From positions 2,560,001 to 2,624,000 of the forward strand of contig OZ243972.1 of assembly GCA_965214705.1 (NCBI GenBank): 64,000 bases of DNA, in the 5' to 3' direction. The notes under the pieces were generated by a model. That model did no database searches, had not been told where the DNA came from, and saw only the letters and a list, made by a program, of their open reading frames with translations. Numbering within the stretch: position 1 is the stretch's first letter; each line of letters opens with the position of its first letter. The DNA is from Alphaproteobacteria bacterium. GTDB taxonomy: Bacteria > Pseudomonadota > Alphaproteobacteria > UBA828. Of this stretch, positions 59,651 through 64,000 are shown piece by piece. The position numbers and the translations under genes are program-made.

Positions 59651-60714
59651 ACAGCGTCGCCACCGAGGGCATGGCGATGACCGGCTTCCCGACGCGGGCG
59701 CCGATCGAGCTGGAGGACCGGCCGCGCCAGCAGCAGTGGCTCATCGACGGGCTCTGGGGGCGCCAGGCCGTCGGCATCGTCGGCGGCGAGCCGAAGTGCG
59801 GCAAGTCCTTCCTCGCGCTCGACATCGCCGTCGCGGTCGCCGCCGGCGTCCCATGCCTGCGCCGCTTCGCCGCCGACCGGCCGGGCCCGGTCCTGCTGTT
59901 CGCCGCCGAGGACGCCGGGCACATCGTGCGTGCCCGCCTCCAGGGTATCGCGAGCGCCGCCGGCGCCCGCTTCGACGCCCTCGACATCGCGGTCATCGAC
60001 GTGCCCGCGCTGCGCCTCGATCATCGCGCGGACCGTCAGCGCCTGGTGCAAACGGTGGAACGCGTCCGGCCCCGCCTCGTGGTCCTCGACCCCCTGGTCC
60101 GCCTGCACGGCATCGACGAGAACACCGTCGCCGAGGTCGCCCCCATCCTCGGCTTCCTGCGCGACGTCCAGCGCCGCTTCGAGACCGCCGTGCTGCTGGT
60201 CCACCACGCACGAAAGAGCGGCGCCGCCAGGCCGGGCCAGGCCCTGCGCGGAAGCAGCGAGCTGCACGCCTGGGGCGACTCCAATCTGTACCTGCGCCGG
60301 CGAGACAGGCAGATCCTCATGACCGTCGAGCATCGCGCCGCCCCCGGCCTCAACGACATCGAAATCGAGCTCGCCGACGACGGCAAGGGGCCCGCGCTGC
60401 GCCTCCGCCAGGTCGAGACCGGCGATGCCGCGCCGCGGCCCGAAACCCCTGAACGGCGCATCCTCCAGGCCCTCGCCGAAGCCGACGCGCCGCTCTCCCA
60501 GCGCCAGATCCGGGAGCGCGCCGCAACCCGGCACAAGACCGTGGGCGCCATCCTGCGAAAGCTCGTCCGTGAGGGACGCATCCGGCACGACGCCGAGGGA
60601 CATTACAGCCTCGTCACAGGCGAAACCGAGAACGCCGCGCCGGACGACGCCGCCAATGGCAGCCGCCATCCGGACGCCTCGCGGTTCCCGCCTCCCGGTT
60701 CCGCCCATCCCTAG
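59647..60714 (+). CDS. AAA_25 / RepA-like helicase with C-terminal winged helix
   Basis: WLIDGLW, GEPKCGKS, AAED, VVLDPL, LVHH.RK, LRGSS; ATGA overlap with the ATPase. Confidence 0.78.
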   Translation: MNSVATEGMAMTGFPTRAPIELEDRPRQQQWLIDGLWGRQAVGIVGGEPKCGKSFLALDIAVAVAAGVPCLRRFAADRPGPVLLFAAEDAGHIVRARLQGIASAAGARFDALDIAVIDVPALRLDHRADRQRLVQTVERVRPRLVVLDPLVRLHGIDENTVAEVAPILGFLRDVQRRFETAVLLVHHARKSGAARPGQALRGSSELHAWGDSNLYLRRRDRQILMTVEHRAAPGLNDIEIELADDGKGPALRLRQVETGDAAPRPETPERRILQALAEADAPLSQRQIRERAATRHKTVGAILRKLVREGRIRHDAEGHYSLVTGETENAAPDDAANGSRHPDASRFPPPGSAHP

Positions 60715-61515
60715 GAGTTCGAGCGGGAACCGCCCGCCGGAACCGCCCCCCAGGCGCCTCTCGGGCTCAAAAAACGACAATGCGTCGAGCGATCGGCCCG
60801 TGGCCGAAAGCTCCGCTTACGGCCATGGATGCACTTCGTCGGATGGACGGCGGCGGGTCACCCGAAGGGCCGTAGCGAAGCGGAGGAGCCGCGCAGCGGC
60901 TTGACGCGCCGACGGCCGTCCGACACCCCGGCACCCTGTCCCCCTTCCGGCAATGACCGATCAGTCCGGGAAATACGCGCGCCCGTCACCCGAAATAACC
61001 CGGGAAATCCGTCGTCAATCAATCCGGGAAACAACAACGGGCTGGAAGAGCGGCTGCTCGACCTGCACCGGCGCGTGCAGTCCGGGGCGTATCGAGCGCC
61101 GCCGGTCCGGCGGGTAGAGATACCCAAGCCGGACGGCGGGACACGACCGCTCGGCGTTGCCGCGCTGGAGGACAAGATCGTCCAGAAGGCGGTGACGGAG
61201 ATCATCCTGACGCCGATCTACGAGCCGGTCTTCCTCGGCTTCAGCTACGGGTTCCGACCGGGGCGCGGGGCGCATGACGCGCTCGACGCGCTCGCTGTCG
61301 CCATCAATCGGCGGAAGGTCAACTGGGTGGTCGACTGCGACATCCAAAGGTTCTTCGATACCGTTTCGCGGGACTGGCTGGTCCGGTTCCTCAAGCACCG
61401 GATCGGGGACCGGCGGGTGATCAGGCTGATCGTCAAGTGGCTGAAAGCCGGCGTCATGGTCGATGGCCGGTGGCAGGACACCTCGCAGGGCACGCCACAA
61501 GGGGCGATCGTTTCG

Positions 61516-61547
61516 CCGCTGTTATCGGAACGTTCCGATAACAGCGG
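61516..61547. repeat. Perfect 32-bp palindrome at the RT/RIT junction
   Basis: CCGCTGTTATCG-GAACGTTC-CGATAACAGCGG. Confidence 0.95.
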
Positions 61548-61642
61548 ATATGGGAACCTTATGATTCTGGGAACCTGAGCCGCTGCGGGCGTTGATTATC
61601 AAGGGATTGGGCACGGCTCAGGTTCCCATAAGATTGGCGGGT

Positions 61643-62635
61643 TCAGGTGCCTGCAAGCATCGCGAGCACCTCGTCCTGCGCACCCTTGAACACGCCCTTC
61701 CGGAGGCTGGGAGGGCGCCATTTGTCGAGCGTATCCAGCTTGTCGGTGGGATCCGCCTGCAGGTACATCTCGGTGGTCTGAACGCTGGAGTGCCCGAGCC
61801 AGAGTGAGACCTTCCTGACGTCGCCTGTCGCCTCGAGAGTGTGGATCGCGCAAGCGTGCCGCAATAGATGGGGAGATACGGTCTTGCCGGCGATCGACGG
61901 CACGCTGCGCGCAGCGGTTTGCGCATGCAGGACAATCCGTTTGGCGAAGCCGCGCCGGGTCATGCCGGTGCCCATGGCATTGAGGAAGAGATGCCGGTCG
62001 GCACTCTTCGGCCGGATAGCGAGCCAGTCGCGCAGGGCACCGCGGGTTTCCTTCCACAGCGGCAGGATGCGTTCCCGCCGGCCCTTGCCGATGACGTGCA
62101 CCTCGTCGAGGGCCGGCATCTTCAGATCGTCGAGCGCGAGCCCGACCAGCTCCGAGACCCGCAGGCCGGCGTTGTAGGTGAGACACAGCATCGCGCGGTC
62201 CCGTGTTCCAGCCACCGTGCCCGGATCCGGCGCGTCGAGCAGAGCCTGCGTTTCCGCCCGGTCGAGAGAGCCGATGAGGGGCACGTCGCCCTTCTTCACC
62301 GGGATCTCACGCACCTGTGCGGCGAGGTCGAGATATCCCGGGTGCCGGAACTCGAGGAAGCGGAAGAAGGCCTTGATGGCCGCGAGCCGGGCATTGCGTG
62401 TACGCACCCCGTTTTCCCGATCCCGTTCGAGATGTTCGAGGAACTCAAGAAGGGTCGCTATGTCGAGATGACCGATCTCGAGCTTGCAGGGCCGAATGCC
62501 GTGCTTATCCGCCACGAAGACGACCAACAACTTGAAGCACAGGGCATAGCTCTCAACGGTATGCCGGCTCGTGCCCCTGTCGCGTGGAAGATATTCCCGG
62601 AGGAACATCGCAAGGGGAGGAGCGAGTTCAGCCAT
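61643..62635 (-). CDS. Tyrosine recombinase, RitC type
   Basis: RTRNARLAAI, GLRVSE, GKG, HLLRH, LGH, Y; start MAELAPP. Confidence 0.9.
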   Translation of the reverse strand: MAELAPPLAMFLREYLPRDRGTSRHTVESYALCFKLLVVFVADKHGIRPCKLEIGHLDIATLLEFLEHLERDRENGVRTRNARLAAIKAFFRFLEFRHPGYLDLAAQVREIPVKKGDVPLIGSLDRAETQALLDAPDPGTVAGTRDRAMLCLTYNAGLRVSELVGLALDDLKMPALDEVHVIGKGRRERILPLWKETRGALRDWLAIRPKSADRHLFLNAMGTGMTRRGFAKRIVLHAQTAARSVPSIAGKTVSPHLLRHACAIHTLEATGDVRKVSLWLGHSSVQTTEMYLQADPTDKLDTLDKWRPPSLRKGVFKGAQDEVLAMLAGT

Positions 62636-63554
62636 CGTTCTTCCTCCCCTCATGCAGCCGCTCGGTTGCCTGCGATACCTGTCGCAGCAACACAGGCGTC
62701 GCTTCGAGGTACCAGTAGGTGTCGGCGATGTTGGAATGGCCGAGATAGGTCGACAGCGCCAGCATGTGACGGCCGACATCCCGCCGCTCGGCCGAGACCA
62801 TATGTTCGAGCGCGCGAACTGCGAAGCTGTGCCTGAGGTCATGAAGGCGCGGCCCGGGCTCGCCTGGCCCGCCTCGAAGCCCGACCCGCCGTGCCAGCTT
62901 GATGAAGACGGTACAGAGATAGACCGGGTGCATGGGCCGGCCCGTCGAGAGCACGAACAGGTGGTCGTCGGGCCCACCGCGGCGCTTCCTCTCCGCGAGA
63001 TACGTCTCCATGGCCCGATGGACGCTGTCATCCAGCGGGATGAGGCGGCGCTTGCCGAACTTCGCCTTCCTGATCAGCAGGCCATCCACCGTCAGGTCCG
63101 TCAGCAGGAGGCCGGTCGCCTCCGAGCGCCGCAATCCGGTCGCGGCGATCAGCCCCAGGATGTAATGGAACGTCAGGGGCGTGATCGAACCGGCCGGCGG
63201 CAGCTCCAGCGCCGCATCCATGATCAGCCCGATCTCGGTCAATGACAGCAGATGAGGCGATGGCCGCCGTGATACTGCCTTGCCCAGGGCGTCGCGGTCA
63301 GGCACCTCGTGGCGTTCGTCTTCGGCGTGCAGGACGCTGGCAAGATCGCACACGTAGCGCAGCTTGACCTGCGCCTGGCGGGGAGACGGCGTTGTCGATG
63401 CCCAATCGAGGACCGTGCTGCTGCGCACGAAGCTGTCACCATGGGCCTCGGCGTAGGTCGCGTAATCCTGCAGGCACCGCGCCTGTTCCACATAGGCGTG
63501 GCCCAGAGCCCGGCGGAATATAACGTAACGCTCCACATGGTCGGCCAGGGTCAT
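62628..63554 (-). CDS. Tyrosine recombinase, RitB type
   Basis: TGLRRSE, KFGK.R, HDLRHSFA, LSTYLGH...TYWYL. Confidence 0.9.
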   Translation of the reverse strand: MTLADHVERYVIFRRALGHAYVEQARCLQDYATYAEAHGDSFVRSSTVLDWASTTPSPRQAQVKLRYVCDLASVLHAEDERHEVPDRDALGKAVSRRPSPHLLSLTEIGLIMDAALELPPAGSITPLTFHYILGLIAATGLRRSEATGLLLTDLTVDGLLIRKAKFGKRRLIPLDDSVHRAMETYLAERKRRGGPDDHLFVLSTGRPMHPVYLCTVFIKLARRVGLRGGPGEPGPRLHDLRHSFAVRALEHMVSAERRDVGRHMLALSTYLGHSNIADTYWYLEATPVLLRQVSQATERLHEGRKNDG

Positions 63555-64000
63555 CGTGCTTCTCCCGCGTCCGGCCAGGGCTGGGCCACTTCCCGGAGCA
63601 TTCGGACATCGACCCGCGCATAGATCGCCGTTGTCTGCGTGGACTGATGACGCAGCAGGGTGCCGATGACTTCCAGCGGCGTGTTGTCGCGCAGCAGATT
63701 GGTCGCCGCGGAATGCCGGAAGACATGCCCCGCCGGCAGACCCTCAGCCTTGACGCCGGACCGCTTGATCGCAGCCTGCGCGACCGCCGACACACCACCG
63801 CTGGCCAGGGGCTGATGGAGCGGCGGCATCATGCGCAGGAACACTTTCTCGGTATCCACGACAGGTCGGGCACGGAGGATGTAATCCTTGACCGCGGCGC
63901 CGACGTCCTGCGGCAACGGCAAGACCGCGGCGCGGCGCGATTTGCCGCTGACCCGAACGACGGCCTTGTCCCAGTCGATATCGTTCAGCCGAAGATTGGC
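63551..64000 (-). CDS. Tyrosine recombinase, RitA type (C-terminal part only)
   Basis: HVFRHSAAT, LLRHQ..QTTAIYARVD...QPWP. Confidence 0.85.
   Translation of the reverse strand, partial: ANLRLNDIDWDKAVVRVSGKSRRAAVLPLPQDVGAAVKDYILRARPVVDTEKVFLRMMPPLHQPLASGGVSAVAQAAIKRSGVKAEGLPAGHVFRHSAATNLLRDNTPLEVIGTLLRHQSTQTTAIYARVDVRMLREVAQPWPDAGEAR

Larger units (their letters stand above)
56643..61036 (+). mobile_element. 4.4-kb DDE transposon (IS481/Mu/IS21-like) with four genes
   Basis: Perfect 12-bp TIR TGTTGTTTCCCG / CGGGAAACAACA; TSD ACGG (AACGG if one base is shared); repeated TTTCCCGG-like sites at both ends. Confidence 0.9.
52724..61527 (+). mobile_element. Outer group II intron (interrupted; 3' part lies beyond the RIT element, outside the window)
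   Basis: RNA motifs GGGTGAAAGTCCC, GTAGCCAACCAC, GGGACCTGGGAGG, GAAGTCGGACGGGGCCATAG|T|ACCGATGAAGC; native pieces 52724-53120, 54327, 56352-56642, 61041-61527; EBS1-like TGAGCA loop (52911-52916) pairs with upstream TGCTCA. Confidence 0.85.
56470..61527 (+). pseudogene. Outer intron RT/maturase, split by a transposon and truncated by RIT (pieces 56470-56642 and 61041-61527)
   Basis: VTQAAERIRQ...TALLHH...AAGMDG.TWAEYAN|GLEERLLDL...IPKPDG..RPLG..LEDKIVQ...GFRPGR...GTPQGAIVSPLL(S); rejoins in frame; YADD not in window. Confidence 0.9.
61528..64000 (-). mobile_element. RIT (recombinase-in-trio) element, truncated at window edge
   Basis: Three overlapping tyrosine recombinase genes; terminal repeats TGGGAACCT (61551, 61568) and inverted GGGAACCTGAGCCG / CGGCTCAGGTTCCC; left boundary approximate. 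Confidence 0.88.

Noticed and set aside
56643-61036. CRISPR-associated or Tn7-like RNA-guided transposon
   Set aside because: No Cas, TniQ/TnsD or TnpB gene; no repeat-spacer array seen anywhere in the window

Overview
GC-rich bacterial window, probably Alphaproteobacteria (inferred from phaR and the imelysin/DHOR/DUF1513 locus). 1-37.3 kb is mostly metabolic. It holds an edge-truncated reducing type I PKS with non-canonical KS motifs (missing from the ORF track), an AmrS radical SAM gene and a DUF1778/GNAT toxin-antitoxin pair. It also holds a hydantoinase/oxoprolinase cluster (fused AB, a small Zn-finger protein, A, and two near-identical B genes), phaR, yceI/cytochrome b561, an iron locus (porin, two imelysins, DHOR, DUF1513, DUF2325, bfd, bfr, Fur-like boxes), tRNA-Lys and tRNA-Asn. 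38-52.4 kb is an accessory catabolic island: an IS5-type MITE, mobile-element debris, two trimethylamine-dehydrogenase-like flavoproteins with altered active sites, an ABC importer, a PhyH dioxygenase and an SDR split by IS66. 52.7-64 kb is one group II intron interrupted by four elements, three of them with both junctions readable. These are an IS5; a second group II intron whose EBS1 is complementary to a conserved intron motif; a TG...CA DDE transposon carrying a RepA-like helicase and iteron-like repeats; and a RIT triple-recombinase element (far end outside the window) whose junction forms a perfect 32-bp palindrome with the RT gene it interrupts. All calls come from reading motifs by eye; no searches were run.
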